DNA of 27,373 nucleotides. Origin: Candidatus Subterrananammoxibius californiae (GTDB lineage Bacteria; Planctomycetota; Brocadiia; Brocadiales; Subterrananammoxibiaceae). This document shows positions 17,916 to 25,444 of the stretch, one piece after another. Within the stretch, counting starts at the first letter, position 1, and each line of letters begins with the position of its first letter. Under the pieces are notes generated by a model. The model was not told the DNA's origin and ran no database searches. It was given only the letters and a program-made list of their open reading frames with translations. The DNA lies in contig JAURAC010000034.1 of assembly GCA_030586555.1 (NCBI GenBank), positions 1 to 27,373 of the forward strand, read 5' to 3'. A program made the translations under genes and the position numbers.

Positions 17916-17949
17916 GAAATACCCAATATTCCCTATTTCCTATTCCCTG
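17898..17949. terminator. Inverted repeat immediately downstream of sat (terminator or mRNA-stabilising candidate)
   Basis: CAGGGAATAG (17898-17907) pairs with CTATTCCCTG (17940-17949), plus inner AAATAGG/CCTATTT. It lies 4 bp from the sat stop. Confidence 0.5.
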
Positions 17950-17953
17950 TTAG

Positions 17954-19162
17954 TTATCTGGCGACTTTTGTGGGAACGGTGTCTTGTGCCAAAGGCGTAG
18001 CATGGCTGTAATGTTCACATAAAACCTGTGCAACCTCAGGTCTGGTAAATACTGGTGGTGGTGCTTGACCTTGCTGGAGCATGTTGCGCACCTGAGTTCC
18101 ACTCAATGACACATGATGGGCGGAATCGTGGGGACAAGTCTTGTACGACGCCATCCCGTTACACGCCTTGCAGTAAAATGTATAGTCGAAGAATAGCGGG
18201 GTTATGCCTATTTCCCCATGGTCAAACTCATCAAATATATAATGGGCATCAAAGCTGCCGTAATAGTTTCCCACCCCGGCGTGGTCCCTGCCCACTATGA
18301 AATGTGTACATCCGTAATTCTTCCTTACAAGGGCATGGAAGATAGCCTCCTTTGGTCCTGCGTAACGCATAGCGGCAGGAAAGACAGCTAAGGCTACTCT
18401 ATCCTTTGGATAATATTTTTCAAGCAACACCTCGTAGCTTCGCATCCTCACATCGGCAGGGATGTCATCGCTCTTAGTCTCACCGACAAGCGGATGCAAA
18501 AGAATGGCATCCACGATTTCCAGGGCACATTTCTGTATATATTCATGCGCACGGTGCACGGGATTCCTCGTTTGAAATCCTACTATCCTTTTCCATCCCT
18601 TTTTTGCAAATAATACCCTCGTCTCGATTGGGTCGAGCCTGTACTTCGCAAAATCCTTATGCTTTGGGCGATTAATCATACTAATCTTTCCGCCGAGTAA
18701 GATGTTGCCCATCTGATAAACATATTTAACGCCCGGATGATTTAAATCATCTACTCCATAGACCTCAACGGCTTCCTTGGATTTGTCATGATGATGCTTC
18801 TCCTCAAGGTGCAGGACGGCAAGGACTGTATTCGATGAATCCACGAGTGCAACATCATCCCCTTCTTTTAAATCCTTAGCCTCCTCATCTGTGGCAGAAA
18901 GGACCACAGGGATAGTCCACGGCAATCCGTTAGACAATCTCATAGTATCAAGCACATTTTCATAATCATCCATGCACATGAAACCCTCAAGTGGGCTGAG
19001 TGCACCCGTTGCAATCATCTCAAGGTCAGAAATTTCTCGCTCATTAAGTACAACCCTTTTCATAGAAGGGCGTTCAGCCTTTGCCTTGAGTTCATCTCGT
19101 GCCTCACCAACTAAAATCCTATCAACAAGTCTTCCACCGTGCGGTTTAATAGCCTTTGACAC
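17954..19162 (-). CDS. sat: Sulfate adenylyltransferase (ATP sulfurylase, Sat type)
   Basis: [38 protein letters not shown] and [20 protein letters not shown] before the GTG start. Confidence 0.97.
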   Translation of the reverse strand: MSKAIKPHGGRLVDRILVGEARDELKAKAERPSMKRVVLNEREISDLEMIATGALSPLEGFMCMDDYENVLDTMRLSNGLPWTIPVVLSATDEEAKDLKEGDDVALVDSSNTVLAVLHLEEKHHHDKSKEAVEVYGVDDLNHPGVKYVYQMGNILLGGKISMINRPKHKDFAKYRLDPIETRVLFAKKGWKRIVGFQTRNPVHRAHEYIQKCALEIVDAILLHPLVGETKSDDIPADVRMRSYEVLLEKYYPKDRVALAVFPAAMRYAGPKEAIFHALVRKNYGCTHFIVGRDHAGVGNYYGSFDAHYIFDEFDHGEIGITPLFFDYTFYCKACNGMASYKTCPHDSAHHVSLSGTQVRNMLQQGQAPPPVFTRPEVAQVLCEHYSHATPLAQDTVPTKVAR

Positions 19163-19197
19163 CTTTTACTCCTTCCTTTAAAATGAAACCTTATCCA

Positions 19198-19232
19198 AAC
19201 TCCTAACTCTAAACTCTGAACTCCGAACTTCG
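19198..19232. repeat. Heptamer array overlapping the aprB 3' end
   Basis: AACTCCT AACTCTA AACTCTG AACTCCG AACTTCG. On the minus strand it encodes the last aprB residues and the TAG stop. Confidence 0.75.
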
Positions 19233-19541
19233 TGCAGGCACCTCAAATACCTCCTCATTGCCTTCCGAATCCTTTAGCTTCCAGATTGTCTTATCCCTCT
19301 TTAGCCTTGCTTTAAGAGAAGCATCGTGGTCGGCAATCTGAAAAGGTAAGCGCAGCTCAATTGCCTGTACTGGACATTCCTTCACACATGCAGCACATGT
19401 CCAGCAATCCCTTTGCTCAACAATACATGCCTTCCAGTTATCATTGCGAACAATCAAGTTACCTGGACAGATGCGCACACAACGTGCTTCCTTAGCCCTT
19501 CCACATCCATTACAAATGTTTTCATCAATAAAAATGCTCAT
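19209..19541 (-). CDS. aprB: Adenylylsulfate (APS) reductase beta subunit (2x[4Fe-4S])
   Basis: CNGC...CVRICP and CWTCAACVKECP ferredoxin motifs; lies between aprA and sat. Confidence 0.88.
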   Translation of the reverse strand: MSIFIDENICNGCGRAKEARCVRICPGNLIVRNDNWKACIVEQRDCWTCAACVKECPVQAIELRLPFQIADHDASLKARLKRDKTIWKLKDSEGNEEVFEVPARSSEFRV

Positions 19542-19594
19542 GATTTCCTCAACAAGGTAGACAACGAGGTTTTATCCGCCAGAGGCGGATTGAT

Positions 19595-21310
19595 TCAACG
19601 AACATAAAGTTCGTTGTCTACCAGGGTTGGTACTGCGCCTAAGGGACGCTCGACAATTCTGATAGCTCCCGTAACGGGGTCGCATACGGAGTTAACAAAC
19701 TTCAGCCAATGTGCATCATCACGCTCCGGGTAATCCAGACGCGTTTGATAGCCTGGCCAGCGCGTCTCTTTCCTGTAAAGGAGATGCTCAACGAGAACCC
19801 TTGCGACATCTATTCTGTCAATAACCTCATGGGCTTTAACCAATTCTCGGCTATCCTGCGCCATAAGGTACTCTGTCCTTTCTCTAAGCCTTTCTACGAG
19901 TTGTCTTGCGGTAAGCAACCGCTCCTCATTAAGCTCATAATTCGTTGAAATTCCGCCAGCATACTCATCCATAATCTTTTCAAGCCTCTCCCTCATCTCG
20001 TCTGGAAAAATTCCAGAAGTGCGCTTTAAGGGTGCAAAAACCCTTTCTTTTTCCTTTTGCAAATCCTTATTGTCAATCTCCGGAGGCTCAATATCCATCA
20101 TATCGTTAAGCGCCGATTCGGCTGCTATTCTTGCCTCAACCCAGCAGCCGCTAACATACTTCTTGGGTGCGCCCCCTGCAACATCACCTGCCGCATAAAG
20201 ACCCTTTATGGTTGTTCTTCTTTGTTTGTCAATCCAGTAACCAGCCTCACAGTGGCCCCCGACTATATACGGTTCGGTGCCGCTAATCTCAACCGGACGT
20301 AAGTGAGGCATTGAACCTTTGTCAGCCCAGAGTAGGACAATAGCAGGGTTCATATTTAGAAAATCAACTATTAACTTTTTCTCTTCCGTGAAATAAAGAT
20401 GGGTGGTATCAAGATAACACGGTCCTCTCCCCGCCTTATTTTCCAGTATGTTCGCAAGGAGTCTGTGAGGCGTTGAACAGTTGCGTCCGCCGAGATGCTT
20501 GTATCTCATCTCAAGATACTGTTCCCCGTATGCATTAACCTCCGTAGCTCCAGCGCCCATGGCAAGCGTACCGGTCGGTGCGTTAACGTCCTTAACCCGA
20601 AGTGCAACGAAGCGGTTCTCAAAGCTTGTCATCTCCGCCCCGATGCGGATACCCATTGCATAGCCCGTGCCTGTGTTCCATGGACAATACCACATAATAT
20701 GACGGGCATTACCCTGGTTATTGGGCTCGTATATCCCAGATGCACCGCCAGTGGCAACTATTACAGCCTTTGCCTTAACGACGTAAAGCTTTCCATCTCT
20801 TATACCATAGCCATAAGCGCCAGCTACCCTTTCGCCATCAAAGATAAGGTTGGTCGCTACTACCCTGTTAAGAACCGTTGTGGAGCTTCTTGTTACTGCT
20901 TCAGCGAGGATGGGTTTTAATCTCTCCCCATAAATCCTTATAGCCCTTTTCCCTCTGGTCTTGTAGTTCCCTTTTTCGTCCTTTTCTATCGGGAGTCCCC
21001 ACGATTCCACTTCCCTGACAACTTCATTTAAGCCCTGTGCTATAGAATAAACAAGGTCTTCCCTTACAAGCCCCATAAATTCGTCACTAACGTATTTCAG
21101 GAAGGTCTCAGGGGTTTGGCCCGGCGTAAGATAGGCATTGATGGCATTGAGACCCATTGCAAGACAGCCGCTCCTGTTGATATGCGCCTTCTCCATTATG
21201 ATACAAGAGCAGTGCGGCATGCGCTTTTTAACCTCAACGGCGGCAAAACAGCCCGCAGCACCACCGCCTATAATTAATATGTCTGTATTTAATTGAACGA
21301 CGTTATCCAT
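19595..21310 (-). CDS. aprA: Adenylylsulfate (APS) reductase alpha subunit (FAD flavoprotein, short type)
   Basis: IIGGGAAG FAD motif, EKAHINRSGCLAMGLNAINAY, WYCPWNTGTGYAMG, EMTSFENRF and RKETRWPGYQTRLDYP. Start set at ATG 21310, overlapping the YeiH stop. Confidence 0.92.
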   Translation of the reverse strand: MDNVVQLNTDILIIGGGAAGCFAAVEVKKRMPHCSCIIMEKAHINRSGCLAMGLNAINAYLTPGQTPETFLKYVSDEFMGLVREDLVYSIAQGLNEVVREVESWGLPIEKDEKGNYKTRGKRAIRIYGERLKPILAEAVTRSSTTVLNRVVATNLIFDGERVAGAYGYGIRDGKLYVVKAKAVIVATGGASGIYEPNNQGNARHIMWYCPWNTGTGYAMGIRIGAEMTSFENRFVALRVKDVNAPTGTLAMGAGATEVNAYGEQYLEMRYKHLGGRNCSTPHRLLANILENKAGRGPCYLDTTHLYFTEEKKLIVDFLNMNPAIVLLWADKGSMPHLRPVEISGTEPYIVGGHCEAGYWIDKQRRTTIKGLYAAGDVAGGAPKKYVSGCWVEARIAAESALNDMMDIEPPEIDNKDLQKEKERVFAPLKRTSGIFPDEMRERLEKIMDEYAGGISTNYELNEERLLTARQLVERLRERTEYLMAQDSRELVKAHEVIDRIDVARVLVEHLLYRKETRWPGYQTRLDYPERDDAHWLKFVNSVCDPVTGAIRIVERPLGAVPTLVDNELYVR

Positions 21311-22367
21311 AACACACATAAACCAGTGATAACATTATAACGCTAATTAGTATTTCAGCGCCTATACCCACGAAAAATGGCTTAAACCCCTTTTGTATAA
21401 GCGCCTTAATGTCGGTCCTCAGTCCAATACCGGCAAATGCAAGGACAAAACACCATTTGTAAAGATTATTAAGCGTGGAGATATTTGATTCCGTAAAGAC
21501 GCCAAAACTCGATAATAAGAAGAATATTAAGAAAGCTATCACGAACTTGGGAAACTTTAGCCCGAGAAATTTTACCCTGCACCATAAGAGATACGGGGAA
21601 AAACTAAATTTTGATTCTGGAAATGATTCCCATTCCCTGGTTATTGCATAGAACAGGATGACGGGACCTAAAAAGATGTTTCTGCACAACTTCGCAATGG
21701 TTGCATACTTTACCGCTGAATCGGAATAAATCAGACCAGTACCTACCGCCTCGGCTGTATTGCCAATACTCATCCCTGCCCAGAATCCAAAAATTCTGTC
21801 ACCCATTCCAAAAAGATGGCCAAGGAATGGATAAAGCACTAAGGCAGTTGCGCCAAATATGAGTATCAGCGTTATAGCATAACTGGCATCCTCTTCCTCT
21901 GCATCTATGACCCTTACCGAACCCATTATAGATGCTACGCCGCACACGCTTATCCCCAGCGCCATAAGCTGACTGAGCTTTCGAGGCAAATCAAATGCCT
22001 TTGCAAGAAATGTAACCAACGCTAATGCCATGGCAATCTCAAATAACACGAGAAGCACACCCTTTCCCCCCAATCCCGCAAAGTGATGAAAGGTTACTTG
22101 CGAACCAAGAAATATGATGCCTATATTGTGCCAGAGTTCGTATGTGCCAGCAGAATTTAAAAGGAATAGAGGTAATCCGATGGTATTCCTGATAATCATT
22201 CCAATAATCAGGGCTATTATCATTGGTGATAGATGAACAAAGTTAGAGAACTTTTTAGCAGGTAACGCTATGGCAAGGAAGATTAAAAAACCAATGGCAA
22301 ATGGGATAAAGGCACGCCAAAGGTTGCCTCTTTGATATATTAAAGTCCCATTTACAATTTGACCCAT
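21303..22367 (-). CDS. YeiH family putative sulfur-compound transporter (putative sulfate exporter family)
   Basis: About 10 TM helices; ALIIGMIIRN, GIIFLG, GISVCGVASI, FGFWAG.SI..TAEAV and ATIAKL.RN.FL. Start ATG 22367 behind GAGGT. Confidence 0.85.
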   Translation of the reverse strand: MGQIVNGTLIYQRGNLWRAFIPFAIGFLIFLAIALPAKKFSNFVHLSPMIIALIIGMIIRNTIGLPLFLLNSAGTYELWHNIGIIFLGSQVTFHHFAGLGGKGVLLVLFEIAMALALVTFLAKAFDLPRKLSQLMALGISVCGVASIMGSVRVIDAEEEDASYAITLILIFGATALVLYPFLGHLFGMGDRIFGFWAGMSIGNTAEAVGTGLIYSDSAVKYATIAKLCRNIFLGPVILFYAITREWESFPESKFSFSPYLLWCRVKFLGLKFPKFVIAFLIFFLLSSFGVFTESNISTLNNLYKWCFVLAFAGIGLRTDIKALIQKGFKPFFVGIGAEILISVIMLSLVYVCYG

Positions 22368-22560
22368 CTTGAACCTCACTTACCTTTTTAAAAAAAAGAT
22401 AATCTTGATTTACCAAGGGATAAATTTCAAAATACCAAATTTGACCAATATCGCAAGCGTTGATGCTAAGACAAGTACCATCCACTCAAGCTTCACCTTT
22501 CTCACCTTTATCTTGTCCCGAATTCCATCCATTAGATTTTACTCCTTTTTAATAATAACG

Positions 22561-22637
22561 CTGTCTGTCACCCTGAACACTTCTGTCATCCTGAATTCGT
22601 TTCAGGGTCTGAGATGCTGAAACGAGTTCAGCATGAC
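22561..22637. repeat. GTCA-TGAC palindromic element pair
   Basis: GTCATCCTGAATTCGTTTCAGGGTCT followed by GAGATGCTGAAACGAGTTCAGCATGAC; same family as about 911-936 and 964-1014. Confidence 0.75.
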
Positions 22638-22644
22638 CCCCAAG

Positions 22645-22677
22645 ATTGTTAACTTTGTTTCAAACTTAGTCAAGAAT
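22645..22677 (-). promoter_or_regulatory. Candidate Rrf2 operator 2 (upstream of yeiH-aprAB-sat)
   Basis: Imperfect 33-bp palindrome (minus strand ATTCTTGACTAAGTTTGAAACAAAGTTAACAAT), 26/33 identical to 23235-23267. Confidence 0.55.
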
Positions 22678-22727
22678 CGTTGCAAATAAAAGACCCAGCT
22701 CAAATCGTCTCTTGTAGTTGCCGGGTC

Positions 22728-23177
22728 TCATACGGTAAAAACTGTCCCTTTTACGGCTAACTTTTCCTGGGAGATTAAATCCTCAAGGGTAATATTTTCA
22801 ATGCTTTCCAGCATAGCATCATACATCTTCTGCCACAAATCCTTTATCACACAGGATGCCTTTACAGGACAAAAAGGCGATGATGATATTCTTTCATCCA
22901 CACAATCAGATGGGGCTAACGACCCCTCAAATACCTCTATAATTTCCCTTATACTAATTTCCCTGGGGGACCTTGCAAGATAATGTCCACCATTCACACC
23001 CCTGACGCTGACAACTATTCCTGCATTTTTCAGTGTAAGCAGAATTCTGTCAAGAAAAGAACCCGGAATGGCACGAGTAGCAGCAATGTCCCTGCTAAGG
23101 ACAAAACCCTTCCCAAATCTTTGTCCTAATTCGAGCAACGCCAGGATAGCATATTCGGTCTTACTCGACAACTTCAT
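22728..23177 (-). CDS. Rrf2 family transcriptional regulator (three-Cys, IscR/CymR-like)
   Basis: MKLSSKTEYAILALLEL, L..IL..LK.AGIV.SVRG..GG..LAR.P..ISI.EII..FEG, and C-terminal DC...FC.....C triad. Start set at ATG 23177. Confidence 0.93.
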   Translation of the reverse strand: MKLSSKTEYAILALLELGQRFGKGFVLSRDIAATRAIPGSFLDRILLTLKNAGIVVSVRGVNGGHYLARSPREISIREIIEVFEGSLAPSDCVDERISSSPFCPVKASCVIKDLWQKMYDAMLESIENITLEDLISQEKLAVKGTVFTV

Positions 23178-23234
23178 AACCCACCAAATCCCCTCTTGTC
23201 CCCCCTTTAGTAAAAGGAACATGGGAATTAAGGA

Positions 23235-23267
23235 ATTCTTGACAAAGTTCGCAAGAAAATCAACATT
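23235..23267 (+). promoter_or_regulatory. Candidate Rrf2 operator 1 (over the rrf2 transcription start)
   Basis: ATTCTTGACAAAGTTCGCAAGAAAATCAACATT; TTGAC-N15-RTYAA core shared with 22645-22677; abuts the -10 box. Confidence 0.55.
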
Positions 23268-23295
23268 ATTATATCATTAAAAAGATGTTTGTCAA
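23268..23295 (-). promoter_or_regulatory. Sigma70 promoter of rrf2 and the sulfur cluster
   Basis: Minus strand TTGACA (23295-23290), 16-bp spacer, TG-n-TATAAT (TATAAT at 23273-23268). Confidence 0.75.
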
Positions 23296-23541
23296 GATTT
23301 TTTAAAAATATCTTTTTATATCTCAAGGTGTTATCCGACAAATGCCGAAGAATAATTCCATCCACCTAATTAATGTAAAAGATGTCAACGATTTTGTCCG
23401 ATACCTTCGCATTCTTGTAAGATTGATGAATGGCTATTAATAGGGCAGTAATGAGTGACACATTCTTTAATTTTTGTAAAGCAGTATAATGCAAGTAACT
23501 TAACGTTAATCTTAAAGACACTAAAAATCCATACAACCATC

Positions 23542-23556
23542 TGGCACAAAAATTGC
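23542..23556 (+). promoter_or_regulatory. Sigma54 (-24/-12) promoter candidate
   Basis: TGGCAC-AAAAA-TTGC has the exact TGGCAC-N5-TTGC spacing and lies about 65 bp upstream of the ATG at 23623. Confidence 0.6.
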
Positions 23557-23622
23557 GCTTAGCAAAGTTGGGAAAGGGTCACTTTGCAATAGGTATAAGA
23601 AATAACAAAGGTGACGAAACCG

Positions 23623-23958
23623 ATGAGGACGCATTTATTTGCAATAATGTTTTTTGTCCTCCTTACTGTGTATGCCAATGCCGATGAGGCGCAAATTTTT
23701 GAGTCTTTAGTCGCGAATAAGCCTTCTGCCAAAATAGACAATAAAGAGTCTGGATGGAAGCATCTTACAAATTATTATCTGGTAGGGACAAAAATGACTC
23801 TGGATTCTACAGATGACATGAAATACATAGCAAACAATGGCACCGAGAGGGTTGATATTTTGGATTCTCTTACTCCCTATGTTGATTCTTTGAACAAATG
23901 GTTATCACTATCCTATGATAAGGAAAAGATAGGTATTTCCTTTTCAGTAGCTTTTTGA
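23623..23958 (+). CDS. Small secreted hypothetical protein
   Basis: 111 aa from ATG 23623 (SD AAGGTG). Signal peptide MRTHLFAIMFFVLLTVYANA; C-terminus IGISFSVAF. Confidence 0.65.
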   Translation: MRTHLFAIMFFVLLTVYANADEAQIFESLVANKPSAKIDNKESGWKHLTNYYLVGTKMTLDSTDDMKYIANNGTERVDILDSLTPYVDSLNKWLSLSYDKEKIGISFSVAF

Positions 23959-24012
23959 GTTGTTCCTGCATTAACCTCACCTTTTTTATTACTCGATGGC
24001 GATTGCTTATGT

Positions 24013-25431
24013 TTATTTCTCGGATGCAGGCTTAGGTTTCTCCTTTTTGCTCTCAGCCATTTGACTAAGTATTCGGGTACGCTTGAGGGGGATAAGTTGG
24101 AAGAGTTGTTCAATTATCTTAAAAGATATTTTTGTCTCCCATGACATCTCAACCGTCCTTACCTCCTTTACACGCGGTAGTATTGCAATTACAACAATGC
24201 CCCTGAGTATTGCAGAGATAAGAAATAGAAGTAATAGTTTATTGCCTAAAAAATCGGGTAGATTAGTAGCAAGGATTCCTCCCACAAAGGTGCCGCAGCC
24301 CACCGCTAAGCAGTTAACAACACTGTAGTAGGAGATGACTCTTGTTCGCTTTTCAGGTATTGATGAGTCGTAAACAAAGTTCAATGAGCAGAGATTAAAT
24401 CCACCCCATACAATACCAGAAGCAACCTCGATGATAAAGAGATAATAAACATTCTGAGAGAAAATCCACACGAATGGAAGCGTGGGGATTATGACAGAGC
24501 AAATCCTCAATACGTTAAGATTTCCAAACCTATCCGCCCGCCTTCCCCAAAAGGTCTTTGTAAGAAGGCCAGAAACTGCGGGTGTGGTGCAAAGGATGGT
24601 ATAAGTTAGATAAGAAAGTTGCAAGTCTCGTAACATATAGACGGAAAAGAATGGCGCTGCTATATGAACGGAGAAGTTAAAGCTTGCAACAAATAGTGCG
24701 TATTTTCCAAAATTACCGACCCTTGCCCTTTTCAGGAATTCAAAAAAGGTAAAGTAGTGTTCCTTCTTTAGGATGAGGGGCGGTTCATAGTGCCTCGTTA
24801 AATAGTAACATGATATCAGCCTCGACACCGTCCCGAAAAAGAAAATAACCATGAATGCCGTAAGGATTCTTTCTGTGAAGAGGTGAAGGAACCCCCCTGC
24901 TACGAAACAACTGGTTAGGGAGGCGAAACCTATTACCCTATCGCGTTTTCCAAAGTACACACCTCTGAGCCGCTCTGGCACGAGATTAGCCATTAATGAA
25001 CCCCAGGGTGGGCCAGAGGATGCCCCAAAAAGTAAATACAGACTGTAAAAAGCAATCAGGGCTGTTATCCGTACGCCTGGGGTGGATAATAAAAATGGGA
25101 TTAAGCCAATGGGCAGAAGCATTAACGCCTGCAGGAATACCGTCAGTACAACCATCTTCTTTCTGCTGCCAACCTTTTCGGTTATATCAGGATTCTTTAG
25201 CTGAGCTAAAGCGGTAAGAAGATATGAGAAAGTGCCCAGCAGTCCAATATGGAAATTGGTTGCGTTAAGGGCAATGGCAAACGGTCTAATGTAGTTATCT
25301 ACTATTCCGTTAGTGGTTGCCGCACCTGTCCCATCGAGGATTGAATATGTGAGACTTTTTCTGACCTTTGTTCTTATATCGGTAGGGGCAGGTTTCAAAC
25401 CTGCCCCTACCATGGGTTCACTGTCTTGCAT
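24013..25431 (-). CDS. MFS transporter
   Basis: About 12 TM helices; W.SLM..LVP...RG.YFG.R and WGRRADRFG motif-A-like loop. Confidence 0.92.
   Translation of the reverse strand: MQDSEPMVGAGLKPAPTDIRTKVRKSLTYSILDGTGAATTNGIVDNYIRPFAIALNATNFHIGLLGTFSYLLTALAQLKNPDITEKVGSRKKMVVLTVFLQALMLLPIGLIPFLLSTPGVRITALIAFYSLYLLFGASSGPPWGSLMANLVPERLRGVYFGKRDRVIGFASLTSCFVAGGFLHLFTERILTAFMVIFFFGTVSRLISCYYLTRHYEPPLILKKEHYFTFFEFLKRARVGNFGKYALFVASFNFSVHIAAPFFSVYMLRDLQLSYLTYTILCTTPAVSGLLTKTFWGRRADRFGNLNVLRICSVIIPTLPFVWIFSQNVYYLFIIEVASGIVWGGFNLCSLNFVYDSSIPEKRTRVISYYSVVNCLAVGCGTFVGGILATNLPDFLGNKLLLLFLISAILRGIVVIAILPRVKEVRTVEMSWETKISFKIIEQLFQLIPLKRTRILSQMAESKKEKPKPASEK
25382..25410. repeat. GTAG-REP palindrome inside the MFS coding 5' end
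   Basis: GTAGGGGCAGGTTT-C-AAACCTGCCCCTAC has perfect 14-bp arms and is translated as VGAGLKPAPT. Confidence 0.9.
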
Positions 25432-25444
25432 TTTGCCAGCAGTT

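Noticed and set aside
17732..17926. 64-aa minus-strand ORF (…IGHFHLAEIGHYYIATT…)
   Set aside because: It is the antisense reading of the tandem AATGTCCTATT boxes of the putative IS end.
17954..21310. Calling the organism a dissimilatory sulfate reducer or sulfur oxidiser from sat-aprAB
   Set aside because: No qmo, aprM or dsr is in the window, and the short AprA/AprB with Rrf2/YeiH context fits assimilation better. The window alone cannot settle this.
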